Shown piece after piece: positions 47,400 through 56,722 of a stretch of 64,000 nt of DNA. The DNA is from Ardenticatenia bacterium (GTDB taxonomy: Bacteria > Chloroflexota > Anaerolineae > 4572-78 > NAK82): assembly GCA_003130875.1 (NCBI GenBank), contig QEXY01000043.1, positions 19,141 through 83,140 on the forward strand, read 5' to 3'. The translations under genes were made by a program, and so were the position numbers. The first letter of the stretch is position 1; every line of letters begins with the position of its first letter. The notes under the pieces are model-generated. The model was not told the DNA's origin. It worked only from the letters and a program-made list of their open reading frames with translations, and ran no database searches.

Positions 47400-48065
47400 T
47401 CAGCTCAGCGCATTTATTTCCTGAGCCGCTGCCTTGAGCAATAAGCTCACCAGCTGGCTGCCCAGGATGGCCAGGCCATCAGTGGGCAAATAATGGATGG
47501 CGCTGCGGTCAAAGAGCACCTGAGCTTGCGAGGGGCACTCGTCATCCCCTTCCCAGTAGACGACAGCCAGCCACACACGAGGAAGTACCTCGAAGGCATA
47601 CGCTGCACTGCCCAACGCAAGCACCTGTCCCCCAAGGCGCTGTGCTGCACGATGAAAGGTGGTCAGACCACCTGACAGCTCGCGCACCAGGCGTCCACCA
47701 GTATAGCTTTGAAAGGCCTGCACATAGAATATTCCATCCGGCAGCTCGCGGAAGCTGATCCAGATTCCAGCAGGCGGCGTGCCGTCCGCGTTGGCCAGAT
47801 AGGTGAGGATCAAGCTGCTAATAAAGGAAGATGCCTCACGATGGTCGACAGCAGAGCGCACACAGAAGTCGCCGGGTGCGATCGTGTATTCTCGGCCTAG
47901 AAAAGCCACCTGCAGGTTGCCATCCGCGTCACGTGCACAGCCGCTCAGATGTGCCACCACTTCGGCGCCGCGCGCACGTAGCGTCGCTTGAGCTGCCTGC
48001 ACCACCGGTGCCAGGCGATCCAGCCATTCACGCATGTGGGGTGTGGATTCGGTTGACCGCAGCAT
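47400..48065 (-). CDS. hypothetical protein (possibly DUF3786-like)
   Basis: 221-aa ORF with coding-like composition. Family assignment is from memory only. Start could be 48035. Confidence 0.45.
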   Translation of the reverse strand: MLRSTESTPHMREWLDRLAPVVQAAQATLRARGAEVVAHLSGCARDADGNLQVAFLGREYTIAPGDFCVRSAVDHREASSFISSLILTYLANADGTPPAGIWISFRELPDGIFYVQAFQSYTGGRLVRELSGGLTTFHRAAQRLGGQVLALGSAAYAFEVLPRVWLAVVYWEGDDECPSQAQVLFDRSAIHYLPTDGLAILGSQLVSLLLKAAAQEINALS

Positions 48066-48078
48066 CGTGCCTCAATGT

Positions 48079-48107
48079 TTGCCAGGTGTCCCTCCGACTG
48101 TTATCAT
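48079..48107 (+). promoter_or_regulatory. promoter TTGCCA-17-TATCAT
   Basis: Read directly. Lies ~115 nt upstream of ATG 48224. Confidence 0.35.
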
Positions 48108-48223
48108 AGCAGGAGTGAGGCGATGGGCACAAATACCCAAGAATAATTTCAGTTCCTGTCATTGTGCTGTTTGAAGCAGATCGTCAACAACCAGGCGAAT
48201 TATACAGAAAGGAGAGCAATCCC

Positions 48224-49264
48224 ATGCAATTATACGGACGTTCCTGGAAGCGACGTGAGCTCGAAGCACGTGCCGGCAGACTGGAGCAGATCGGCGGCAT
48301 CCGTCGTCTGGCGTTGACCGAGGGCCTTGAGGGCGGCGTGGAACAAATTCAGGTGCGCACGGGCGCTGGACTTGCCTACTACGTCACACCACAGCGTTGC
48401 CTGGACATCTCGCTGGCCGAATTCGCGGGTGTTCCTTTCAGCTGGCAGGGGCCCAATGGCGACGTGCATCCTGCCTATTATGATCCACGCGGCCTGGAGT
48501 GGTTGCGCACGGCAGCTGGCGGACTGCTCATGACCTGCGGCTTGACCCAGGTGGGTGTGCCGTGCAAAGATGGTGATCAAGAACTGGGCTTGCACGGACG
48601 CGCCCATCACTTGCCGGCACGCCACGTCGTCGCCGAAGGGCGCTGGCAGGGTGATGAGTATGAAATGCGCATCGCCGGCATCGTGGAAGAGGCGATCATC
48701 TTCGGCGAGCACCTGCGCCTGACGCGCGAAATCCGCAGCTGGCTGGGGCAGAACCGCATCGTCATCCACGACGTGGTCGAGAACCTCAGCTTCGCGCCGG
48801 TGCCACATATGATGCTCTATCACTTCAACCTGGGTTTCCCGCTGATGGGTGAGGATACACGTATGCAGTTCCCCTCACGACGCGTGCAGCCGCGCTATCC
48901 ATCCGTGCCGCTGGAGGGCTATGATCGTTTCCAGTCGCCTACCCCTGGCTATCAGGAGCGCGTCTATTACCACGAGGACCTGATCACACAGGACGGCAAG
49001 GCAACCGTGCTGGTAGAGAATCCCAATTTCCCATTGCCCGATGGGACGCGTTCACTCACCTTGGCAGTCACCTTCGACACGCGAACACTGCCACGCTTGG
49101 TGGAGTGGAAGATGCCCGGCTGTGAGACATACGTGTTGGGTGTTGAACCAGGCAATTGCTACCCGGATGGACGGGTTGCTGAGCGCGAACGTGGCACGCT
49201 GGTCATGCTGCAACCCGGCGAGGCAGTCACATACGATGTGGAGCTCGCGCTGATCCTGGGGTGA
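48224..49264 (+). CDS. aldose-1-epimerase-like protein (DUF4432 type)
   Basis: ATG 48224 follows AAAGGAGAG. 'GGIRRLALTEGLEGGVEQIQVRTGAGL' resembles the DUF4432/mutarotase-fold family. Confidence 0.6.
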   Translation: MQLYGRSWKRRELEARAGRLEQIGGIRRLALTEGLEGGVEQIQVRTGAGLAYYVTPQRCLDISLAEFAGVPFSWQGPNGDVHPAYYDPRGLEWLRTAAGGLLMTCGLTQVGVPCKDGDQELGLHGRAHHLPARHVVAEGRWQGDEYEMRIAGIVEEAIIFGEHLRLTREIRSWLGQNRIVIHDVVENLSFAPVPHMMLYHFNLGFPLMGEDTRMQFPSRRVQPRYPSVPLEGYDRFQSPTPGYQERVYYHEDLITQDGKATVLVENPNFPLPDGTRSLTLAVTFDTRTLPRLVEWKMPGCETYVLGVEPGNCYPDGRVAERERGTLVMLQPGEAVTYDVELALILG

Positions 49265-49372
49265 TCGTCGTCGTTTTGTGAGAAAGTGAGAACATCCATG
49301 CGGATTGTGGCACAGGTTCGTTCATCTCGGCCGATCTGTACCACATCCGATCAGCAGTGAGGGAATAGAACG

Positions 49373-50632
49373 ATGAGTAATGCTGAGTTTGTCATTCCCG
49401 CTGAGATGCGTGCGTTAACCCTCGAGGGTGCCGGCTTCGATCATCTGCGTGTGCAATATGTGCCGACGCCGCGGCCGGGCGCACACCAGCTGTTGGCGCG
49501 TGTGGATGCTGCCGGCATCTGTACCTCGCTGATCAAGCTGATCGAGCAAGGACCCGAGCATCCACTCCTCTATGGCTGGGACATCAGTTGTTATCCCATT
49601 ATCCTGGGGGATGAGGGTGCTGTCACATTGGTGGAGGTCGGTGAGGCGCTGCGCCATCGCTATCATGTGGGTGAACGCTATGTGATCCAGCCAGCGGTGG
49701 AATACGCGCCCATCAACCATATGGAACGTTATCGTAACGGAGGCAAGGGTGTGCAGAAGATCGCAGTGGGCTACACCTTGCCCGGTCATCTGGCCGAGTA
49801 TATCCTCATTCCTGAGGAGGTGCTGGCAGCTGACTGTCTGGTGCCACTGCCCAACGCCGATATGGCGGCAGCGCACGTGGCCATCAGCGAGCCGATGTCG
49901 TGTGTCATCTCGGCGCAGGATCACCACGTGCATCTGGTACAAGAAAAGCCCCTTGCGGAACGCAGCGTCATCAAAGGGCTCAAGCCAGGCGGAGTGACGG
50001 TAGTGATCGGCGCCGGTGCCATGGGACGCATGCACGTGGAGCTGGCGATGTACTACCGTCCGCGCGTGATCATCTGCAGCGACCTCATCCAGGAACGGCT
50101 GGACATTGTGCAACGTCTGTTTTCTGCGCGTGCGGAACAATTAGGCATCGTGTTGCTCACTGTCAATCCCGGCCAAACCGATCTGAAGAACCTGGTGAAT
50201 GAGGTCACCGGTTATCGCGGTGCCGACGACGTGATTGTGGCAGTAGGCTCGGCGAAGGCGATCGAAGCGGCGCAAACTTATGTAGGGCGCGGCGCCGTCC
50301 TGAATCTGTTCGGCGGGCTGAAACGCGGCCAGGATGTAGTCGGCTTTGATACCAGCATCATCCACTATCAAGAGATCAACGTGACAGGTTCCAGCGGCGG
50401 TTCACCGTGGGATATCGCGCGCACTCTGGAGCTGATGGCCGCCGGTGAGGTGGATGCCAGCAACCACATCACGCGCATCGGTGACTTGGAGCATGCCCCT
50501 CAGTTTCTGGAGATGATCAAAGCGCAGGCGCTGGATGGCAAGGCAGTGGTTTATCCACACCGTCGCACCGCGGAAATCTTAACGGTAGCCCGCTGGACCG
50601 CCGAGGACGAAAGGCATTACCTGCAAGGGTAA
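49373..50632 (+). CDS. MDR-superfamily (zinc-type alcohol/polyol) dehydrogenase, long form
   Basis: 419 aa. 'VDAAGICTSL' and 'GDEGAV' catalytic-domain pattern, plus 'VVIGAGAMG' Rossmann motif. Confidence 0.75.
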   Translation: MSNAEFVIPAEMRALTLEGAGFDHLRVQYVPTPRPGAHQLLARVDAAGICTSLIKLIEQGPEHPLLYGWDISCYPIILGDEGAVTLVEVGEALRHRYHVGERYVIQPAVEYAPINHMERYRNGGKGVQKIAVGYTLPGHLAEYILIPEEVLAADCLVPLPNADMAAAHVAISEPMSCVISAQDHHVHLVQEKPLAERSVIKGLKPGGVTVVIGAGAMGRMHVELAMYYRPRVIICSDLIQERLDIVQRLFSARAEQLGIVLLTVNPGQTDLKNLVNEVTGYRGADDVIVAVGSAKAIEAAQTYVGRGAVLNLFGGLKRGQDVVGFDTSIIHYQEINVTGSSGGSPWDIARTLELMAAGEVDASNHITRIGDLEHAPQFLEMIKAQALDGKAVVYPHRRTAEILTVARWTAEDERHYLQG

Positions 50633-50678
50633 GATGGCACGAGCACCGTCGGGCACAACCATATATTCCCGAATTGAT

Positions 50679-50705
50679 GAGTGGCTGCCCTTGGGGCAGC
50701 CACTC
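50679..50705. terminator. 12-bp perfect hairpin between convergent operons
   Basis: GAGTGGCTGCCC-ttg-GGGCAGCCACTC. Confidence 0.6.
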
Positions 50706-50929
50706 AATCTATGCCGCCGCTGGGCTCCTTCTTGCGCTCTGGGCCACCTGGTTTGACCCATCGAAAAGTCCCCGGCGCACTTTCTGCCAGGATGATATCA
50801 TCGGGATCTTAACATTAACCCATAAAGAAGGACAAGTGAGTACTAAGTCCGCGACCGAGAGGCTGGTAAACGATCTATTGGCCCATACACACTGGAAAAA
50901 GCAACGAGTCCGCACCGTCGGCGCGAAGA

Positions 50930-51844
50930 TCACCCCATCAGCTGCGCACGGTCGCCGGCAATGCCGAAGTAATCGCGGATGACCCAACAGGTGCGCTCGT
51001 AACAGGCGTCCTGCGCCCTGGCAATGCTGCCGGTGGCACGCCAGGCCTGCTCATACGCTTGGCGAATCTCGGTACCGATGTTAACCTTGGCAATGCCTCG
51101 CTTGATCGCCTCCAGTACATTATCGCGCTTGATGCCCGAGCCGCCGTGTAGCACCAGCGGCAGGCCGGTCGCCTGATAGAGCTTTTCGAGGTGTTCCAGG
51201 TTGAGGCGCGCCTCGACTTTGGGCTGATCGCGCGCGATGCCCGATACAGCGCCGTGGATGTTCCCGGCTGCCACGGAGAGCCAGTCACATCCACTCTCGC
51301 GCGCGAAGCGGCGCGCCTCCTCCACATCGGTGAAGCCTCGCCCGCTGGCGAACAGCTCTTCGTAGGGTGGCAAAGGCCCCGCCTCATGCCCCATCACGGC
51401 GCCCAGCTCGGCCTCAACCGGCACGCCGCGACGGTGTGCCATCTCCACCACCTGACGCGTCGCCTTGATGTTCTCCTCCAGCGGCAGGCGCGAGCCATCC
51501 ACCATCACTGACTCATACCCCAGATCGAGCGCCTCGCGGATGATTTCGAGATAGTCGACCCGCTGCCAGTCCTCATCGATGACCGGCACGTGATCCAGGT
51601 GGATGCGCATGTAATCGGGCTGCGCCCATTTCTGATACTCTTTCATGACGGCTGCGGCACTGCGCGCCTCGAACTTGATCCATTCCAGGCGCGCCGTCTC
51701 TATCAGGGCAAAACAATCCTGGTCCACAATGGCGCGCACGACCGGCTCCATCATGGGCAGATAGGGGATGTTGAAGGCGGGCACGACCAATCCCTTTTGA
51801 CGGGCAGTGCGGATAACCTGATCGGTAGTAGGAGAAGCGGGCAT
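50930..51844 (-). CDS. class II fructose/tagatose-bisphosphate aldolase family protein
   Basis: 304 aa. 'VPAFNIP', 'HLDHV' and 'LVLHGGSG' metal/substrate motifs. Confidence 0.8.
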   Translation of the reverse strand: MPASPTTDQVIRTARQKGLVVPAFNIPYLPMMEPVVRAIVDQDCFALIETARLEWIKFEARSAAAVMKEYQKWAQPDYMRIHLDHVPVIDEDWQRVDYLEIIREALDLGYESVMVDGSRLPLEENIKATRQVVEMAHRRGVPVEAELGAVMGHEAGPLPPYEELFASGRGFTDVEEARRFARESGCDWLSVAAGNIHGAVSGIARDQPKVEARLNLEHLEKLYQATGLPLVLHGGSGIKRDNVLEAIKRGIAKVNIGTEIRQAYEQAWRATGSIARAQDACYERTCWVIRDYFGIAGDRAQLMG

Positions 51845-51868
51845 CGGATATGACTCCTGAATGAGAAA

Positions 51869-53161
51869 TTAGCTCGCCAATGCATCCTGGCGTCGCCTCA
51901 ATTGTACCACAATCTGGCTTTCGTCCAACTGGACATCATCCCATGTGATGACACTGCCGGCCGCGACCGCGCGCTTCATAACAGCGCCCGGCGCCAGGCC
52001 TACCGGCAGCGCGTTGAGGCTGCGCGCCACCTCGGCGCGGTCGTTGCGCCCATAGAAGGTGTAACCGCCGAAATCGTCCAGGCGCTCGCCGGGCTTCAGG
52101 TCACGTTTGGCGATGGTCATCACCTCGGCGACGGGGTGGTCGAGCGGTACCAGTGTCACCTGGCGGTAGAGACAGGCCCGCGCCACCGAAATGGGCGCCT
52201 CTAAGAACCACAGGTGATAGGGACGGAAGAAAGTGAAGTACTTCCCCTTGCCTACTTTAAGATATTGCAGGTCGTCACGAATGCGCTGGTCGTGGACGCG
52301 CACAGTGACGAACACCCCGCCTGTCATCGCGCTGCCCTGCACGAAGTCCACCACGCCCGGGAAGGGGGTGATCCCGCCATCCTCTTGTAGCGCGAAGATC
52401 TGCGACACGGTCTCCAGGTTCGCCTCCGGACCCACCATCCCGCGCCGCATAGGAACGCAACCGGTAGCGTTGGCGGCGCAGGTCATTTCGAACATCGTCT
52501 TGGTGCCATCCACATACGAAGCCACCTGGAAGGGGTCTTTGTTGGCACGACGCGCCGCCTCGGCCACTGTGTCCGGCGTGGCGGTGGGATCGAGCGGATT
52601 GTTCTTACCCTTGCCGATCACGATGACCTCGTAGCCCAACGTGGTGACAAAGTCGACTAGCTCCATCAGACAACCGGGCTCATCGCCGGAAGAGACGGTG
52701 TAGAGCACGCCCGCCTCGCGTGCCATCCGGTGCAAAATACGCCCCACAGTCACGTCTGCCTCGATGTTGACCATGACGACATCCTTACCATGCTGGATGC
52801 AGGCATACGCCGTCTCCGCCCCGATGGCTGGAGAAGGGGTGGCGTCGGCCACGATGTCCACGTCTTCCAGTTGAGCCGCCAGCCCATAGGATGCGGTCAC
52901 CACGCGGCGGCCGGCGCGCAGTGCGTCCATCGCGTGGCCGGGTCGGTCCGCCTCGACGATTTGATCCGGTGGCACCCCGATGTTGAGGAACGCCTGACGT
53001 GCTGCTGCCACGTCCGCGTCGGCCAGCACGTTCACCGTCATGCCGGCCACGTGGGAAACGGCGGTCACGAAGCCACTACCCAGCCATCCGGCGCCGCTGA
53101 CGCCGACACGGATAGGGTGACCATGGGTGCGCTGGTATTCTAACAGATCCTGGTGTATCAT
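51869..53161 (-). CDS. NAD(P)-binding dehydrogenase with C-terminal SAF domain (COG4091-type, 'predicted homoserine dehydrogenase-like')
   Basis: 430 aa. 'IRVGVSGAGWLG' Rossmann motif and a C-terminal SAF-like beta-clip. Confidence 0.65.
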   Translation of the reverse strand: MIHQDLLEYQRTHGHPIRVGVSGAGWLGSGFVTAVSHVAGMTVNVLADADVAAARQAFLNIGVPPDQIVEADRPGHAMDALRAGRRVVTASYGLAAQLEDVDIVADATPSPAIGAETAYACIQHGKDVVMVNIEADVTVGRILHRMAREAGVLYTVSSGDEPGCLMELVDFVTTLGYEVIVIGKGKNNPLDPTATPDTVAEAARRANKDPFQVASYVDGTKTMFEMTCAANATGCVPMRRGMVGPEANLETVSQIFALQEDGGITPFPGVVDFVQGSAMTGGVFVTVRVHDQRIRDDLQYLKVGKGKYFTFFRPYHLWFLEAPISVARACLYRQVTLVPLDHPVAEVMTIAKRDLKPGERLDDFGGYTFYGRNDRAEVARSLNALPVGLAPGAVMKRAVAAGSVITWDDVQLDESQIVVQLRRRQDALAS

Positions 53162-53223
53162 AGTGTTATGCTCCTTTCGAGGAGAATTGGGCTTTGTTTG
53201 ATTGGTTGTTGGACGTGATCCAT

Positions 53224-53607
53224 ATGACAGGCGAGCTAAGCACCATTACGCCCGAGCAGATGGAAGCCTATCGCCGCACCGCTCGCCGACGTGAGGCACA
53301 AGCCGTGCGCGCGGCTGCTGCGCGTCGCGAACGCGCGCTGAGTGTGGCGCGCACGGCTGCTCAACTGCTCAAGGAGCAATATGCCGCCACGCGCGTCGTT
53401 CTCTATGGTTCGGCGCTTGACCCGAGACGGTTCGGTCAGCATTCCGACATCGACCTGGCAGCCGAGGGGATCTCGCCGGCTGACTTCTGGCGTGCATGGG
53501 GCGCGGTTGAGCAGCTGGCGCCCGAGTTCGAGATCAACCTGATCCCATTGGAGACCGCTTCTCCCAGCCTGCTGGATCACATCAACACTCAAGGCATAGA
53601 ACTATGA
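53224..53607 (+). CDS. MNT-type nucleotidyltransferase-domain protein (antitoxin-like)
   Basis: 'VVLYGSALDPRRFGQHSDIDLAAEG' minimal NTase motif (GS...DxD). Lies on the opposite strand inside a minus-strand operon. Confidence 0.7.
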   Translation: MTGELSTITPEQMEAYRRTARRREAQAVRAAAARRERALSVARTAAQLLKEQYAATRVVLYGSALDPRRFGQHSDIDLAAEGISPADFWRAWGAVEQLAPEFEINLIPLETASPSLLDHINTQGIEL

Positions 53608-53700
53608 TCGCCCGTTATCAGTCCCTCGCCGCGCGGCTGCGTGCTGATCCGAGCCGCGACCACCAGGGAGCAGATATGCCCCCGCACCCCAACCCTCTCC
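53604..53700 (+). pseudogene. probable 5' remnant of the partner (HepT/HEPN-like) toxin gene
   Basis: ATG overlaps the NTase stop (ATGA). 'MIARYQSLAARLRAD' resembles the start of HepT-like partners, then reads into hairpin-derived low complexity. Only ~200 nt remain before the transketolase gene. Confidence 0.25.
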
Positions 53701-53718
53701 ACCCGGGGAGGGAGAGGG
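53693..53718. repeat. purine/pyrimidine-arm hairpin CCCTCTCC-10 nt-GGAGAGGG
   Basis: Read directly. Same style as the hairpins at 35733 and 44346. Confidence 0.5.
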
Positions 53719-53809
53719 AGTCCTGCCTGCTCACGTGCGCGCTTTGGTTGGAGTCATCCCTCTTGTCGATGTCCCGAAAAACCCACCCCTTAAAAGGATC
53801 GAGTTCTCC

Positions 53810-54778
53810 TCACCGCTTCGCTGCCACTGCCTCGCGTGCCGCGGCCGCGATGTGCTCGGCAGTCAGGCCATACTTTCGCAGCAAATCCTCAGGGTCACCC
53901 GACTCGGTGTAGGTATCCGCCAGCCCCACAAAACGCATCGGCACCGGATGGGTGGAAGCGACGATGCGCGCGATGTTGCTGCCCATGCCACCGGTGAGCA
54001 AGTGCTCCTCGGCGGTCACGATGGCACCGGTCTCACGTGCGGCGGCGACGATCGTCTCCTTGTCCATCGGGCGCAGAGTGTGCATATCCACCACACGTGC
54101 CTGGATGCCCTCCTCGGCCAGGATAGCGGCGGCGTCCAGCGCCATCGCCACCATAATGCCGCAGCCAATGATCGTCACATCGCTGCCCTGGCGCACCACG
54201 TTGGCCTTGCCGATGGTGAACGGGCAGTCGTCTTCGGGATAGATGTGGGGCATCGCCACACGGCTGGAGCGCAACCATACCGGCCCGACGTGATCCACCG
54301 CTGCCTGCACCGCTTTGTGCATTGAGGCAGGGTCGCTGGGCACCAGCATCACAAAAGTGGGCAAGCCCCCCACGAGTGCCAAATCCTCGATGCCCATTTG
54401 GGTAGGGCCATCCTTCCCTAACGTGATACCTCCGTGGCTGCCCAAGACCTTGGCGTTGATATTCGACAAGGCGATGGCTAGTCGCAGCTGATCATAGGCA
54501 TTACATAGCAGAAAGGAGGAGAAGCTAGTGATGAAGGGGATGAACCCACAGGCAGCCAGGCCTGCCCCCACGCATACCAGGTTGCTCTCGGCAATGCCCA
54601 GATTGAAAAACCGTTCAGGAAAGGCGTGACGCACCGTCTCCGCTTTGGTGGAATTACCCAGATCTCCGTCGAGCACCACCACGCGCGGATTGCGCCGACA
54701 TACCTCTAACAGCGCGTCTCCAAAGACATCGCGCATCGGCTTGGCAGGCTTGAGTCCAGCTCTTTCTCCCAATCTCAT
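53810..54778 (-). CDS. transketolase, C-terminal subunit (pyrimidine-binding + C-terminal domains)
   Basis: 322 aa. 'FNLGIAESNLV' and 'GGITLGKDGPTQMGIEDLA' motifs. Confidence 0.9.
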   Translation of the reverse strand: MRLGERAGLKPAKPMRDVFGDALLEVCRRNPRVVVLDGDLGNSTKAETVRHAFPERFFNLGIAESNLVCVGAGLAACGFIPFITSFSSFLLCNAYDQLRLAIALSNINAKVLGSHGGITLGKDGPTQMGIEDLALVGGLPTFVMLVPSDPASMHKAVQAAVDHVGPVWLRSSRVAMPHIYPEDDCPFTIGKANVVRQGSDVTIIGCGIMVAMALDAAAILAEEGIQARVVDMHTLRPMDKETIVAAARETGAIVTAEEHLLTGGMGSNIARIVASTHPVPMRFVGLADTYTESGDPEDLLRKYGLTAEHIAAAAREAVAAKR

Positions 54779-55611
54779 CGCAACAACTCCTCTCGCGCGC
54801 GAGCCGCTTGCTCCGGGGTGAGCGCGCGGCCGTGGAATGTATAGTCCGCCTCAACGAACGAAACGCCCTTGCCCTTAACCGTGTGGGCGATGATCACCGA
54901 AGGTTGCCCCTGCACCTGTTGCACCGCTTGCAACACCTCGATCAACGCCGCGATATCGTGTCCGTCCACCTCTTCGACGTGCCAGCCGAAACCCCGCCAC
55001 TTCTCGATGAAGGGTTCCAGTGCCATCTCACGGCTGATGGGACCGGTCTCCTGGTACTTGTTATAATCCACAATGGCGTGTAGGTTGTCCGCCTTGAAGT
55101 GGGCAGCGGCCATGGCCGCCTCCCAAACCTGGCCCGCCTGGCATTCGCCATCGCCCAATAACACGTACACCCGATAGGTGAGACCGTTAAGACGTCCCCC
55201 CAGCACGTGGCCCAAGCCGAGCGAAAGCCCCTGGCCCAACGAGCCGGTGGTCGCCTCGACGCCGGGCAACAGACCCTGGATCGGATGTCCCTGAACGGGA
55301 CTGTCCACCTGGCGCAATGTCCAGAGCAAATCGCGGCTGAAATAGCCGGCCGCTGCCAACACGGCGTACAGGGCTGGCGCGGCGTGCCCCTTACTCATGA
55401 TGAAACGATCGCGTTCAGGCCACCAGGGATCATCCGGATGGTAGCGCAGGATGCCCCCGAAGTAGAGCGCAGTCAGAATCTCCACACATGACCAACTGCT
55501 GGATGGATGGCCCGAGGCCGCTTTGGTGGTCATGTCCAGGATATCTAGTCGAAAGCTGCGCGCTAATTCTTTGAGCGCATTGATGTCCACCGATTGATCT
55601 GTCACCGTCAT
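54775..55611 (-). CDS. transketolase, N-terminal (ThDP-binding) subunit
   Basis: 278 aa. 'GHPSSS', 'GSLGQGLS' and 'GDGECQAGQVWEA' motifs. Overlaps the C-subunit gene by 4 nt. Confidence 0.9.
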   Translation of the reverse strand: MTVTDQSVDINALKELARSFRLDILDMTTKAASGHPSSSWSCVEILTALYFGGILRYHPDDPWWPERDRFIMSKGHAAPALYAVLAAAGYFSRDLLWTLRQVDSPVQGHPIQGLLPGVEATTGSLGQGLSLGLGHVLGGRLNGLTYRVYVLLGDGECQAGQVWEAAMAAAHFKADNLHAIVDYNKYQETGPISREMALEPFIEKWRGFGWHVEEVDGHDIAALIEVLQAVQQVQGQPSVIIAHTVKGKGVSFVEADYTFHGRALTPEQAARAREELLR

Positions 55612-55680
55612 ATGGAATGCCTTGCTCCTTTTCTGTCGTGAATAAACGCCAAGTCTCCTCTGTGCTTGCAGCGAGACCGG

Positions 55681-56640
55681 CTATGCCACCTGGCTGAGAA
55701 ACTCCTTCACCTGTGCCGCAGTGGGCAAGGCGGGGATGACACCCACCTTCGTGGCGGTCAAGGCACCCACCGCGTTGGCGTAGCGCAAGATGGAGCGCAA
55801 ACGTTCCGGAGTCAGCTGCGCACGCCAATCTCCGACAGCGATGAGCTGCCACAGCAGACCGGCGATAAAGGCATCACCACATCCGGTCGCATCCACCGCC
55901 TCCACCCGGAAGGGGGGCACGTGCTCACCACCTTCAGAGGTTGCAAAGTAGCTGCCCAATGGCCCCAGAGTAACCACGACCAGCTGGGGACCCAGTTCGA
56001 GCAAGCGTTGGCTGGCGGCGCTTTCCTGGCTGCCCGTCAAAAGCTCCAGCTCGATCTCGTTCACCTTCACCAGGTCCACATGGGGGATCATCGATTTGAC
56101 TTGATCCAGCGCCTGTTGGGGGCTTTCCCACAGCGAGGGGCGATAATTGACATCAAAGGAGATCAGTGCACCTCCCTGGCGTGCCAGCTTGAGTGCCTCC
56201 CAAGTGGCACTGCGAATGGGTTCTGCGCCCAGACTAAGTGAGCCGAAATGGAGCACCCGCGTTCCCTGCAACAACTCGCGATCCAGCTCATCCGGGCGCA
56301 GGCGTGTGTCGGCGCCGGGATTACGGTAAAAGACGAACTCCTGTGTGTTAGCATCCGGCTTAGCAATAAAGGCCAGCGTGGTACGCGCTTCGCGGTCGAA
56401 GCGGATGCCACGCGTATCCACACCGTTAGCGCGCATCACCTCAACCAGGTGGTGGCCAAATGCGTCATCCCCCACCTTGCCGATAAAGGCGCTGCGCGCT
56501 CCCAGACGGGCAGCAGCCACAGCCGCGTTCGCTGGCGCACCCCCTGGTTTGGGCAGAAATGCCGAGACTTCCGCCAATCGGCGGCCGTACTCGGCAGGAA
56601 ACATGTCCACCAACAGCTCACCCAGGCATACGATGTCCAT
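55681..56640 (-). CDS. PfkB-family ketose/sugar kinase (fructokinase-like)
   Basis: 319 aa. 'GGAPANAA' and 'DATGCGDAFIAG' signatures. Confidence 0.85.
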   Translation of the reverse strand: MDIVCLGELLVDMFPAEYGRRLAEVSAFLPKPGGAPANAAVAAARLGARSAFIGKVGDDAFGHHLVEVMRANGVDTRGIRFDREARTTLAFIAKPDANTQEFVFYRNPGADTRLRPDELDRELLQGTRVLHFGSLSLGAEPIRSATWEALKLARQGGALISFDVNYRPSLWESPQQALDQVKSMIPHVDLVKVNEIELELLTGSQESAASQRLLELGPQLVVVTLGPLGSYFATSEGGEHVPPFRVEAVDATGCGDAFIAGLLWQLIAVGDWRAQLTPERLRSILRYANAVGALTATKVGVIPALPTAAQVKEFLSQVA

Positions 56641-56722
56641 TGCAACGCTTCTCCTTGCTTATAGAGATAATATGACCCTGTCTGTCCCGGTTTATCCGGC
56701 AGCTCAAGCGGTGCCGGATGGA

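Noticed and set aside
50551-50559. Perfect DnaA-box consensus TTATCCACA; dnaN is also present in the window, raising the question of an origin of replication.
   Set aside because: It is a single box inside the MDR dehydrogenase CDS. There is no cluster of boxes, no AT-rich unwinding element and no dnaA gene next to dnaN.
53604-53912. ORF 53604-53912 as an intact 102-aa protein.
   Set aside because: After ~15 codons it is encoded by a hairpin repeat and then by the antisense strand of the transketolase gene. It is treated as a remnant at most.
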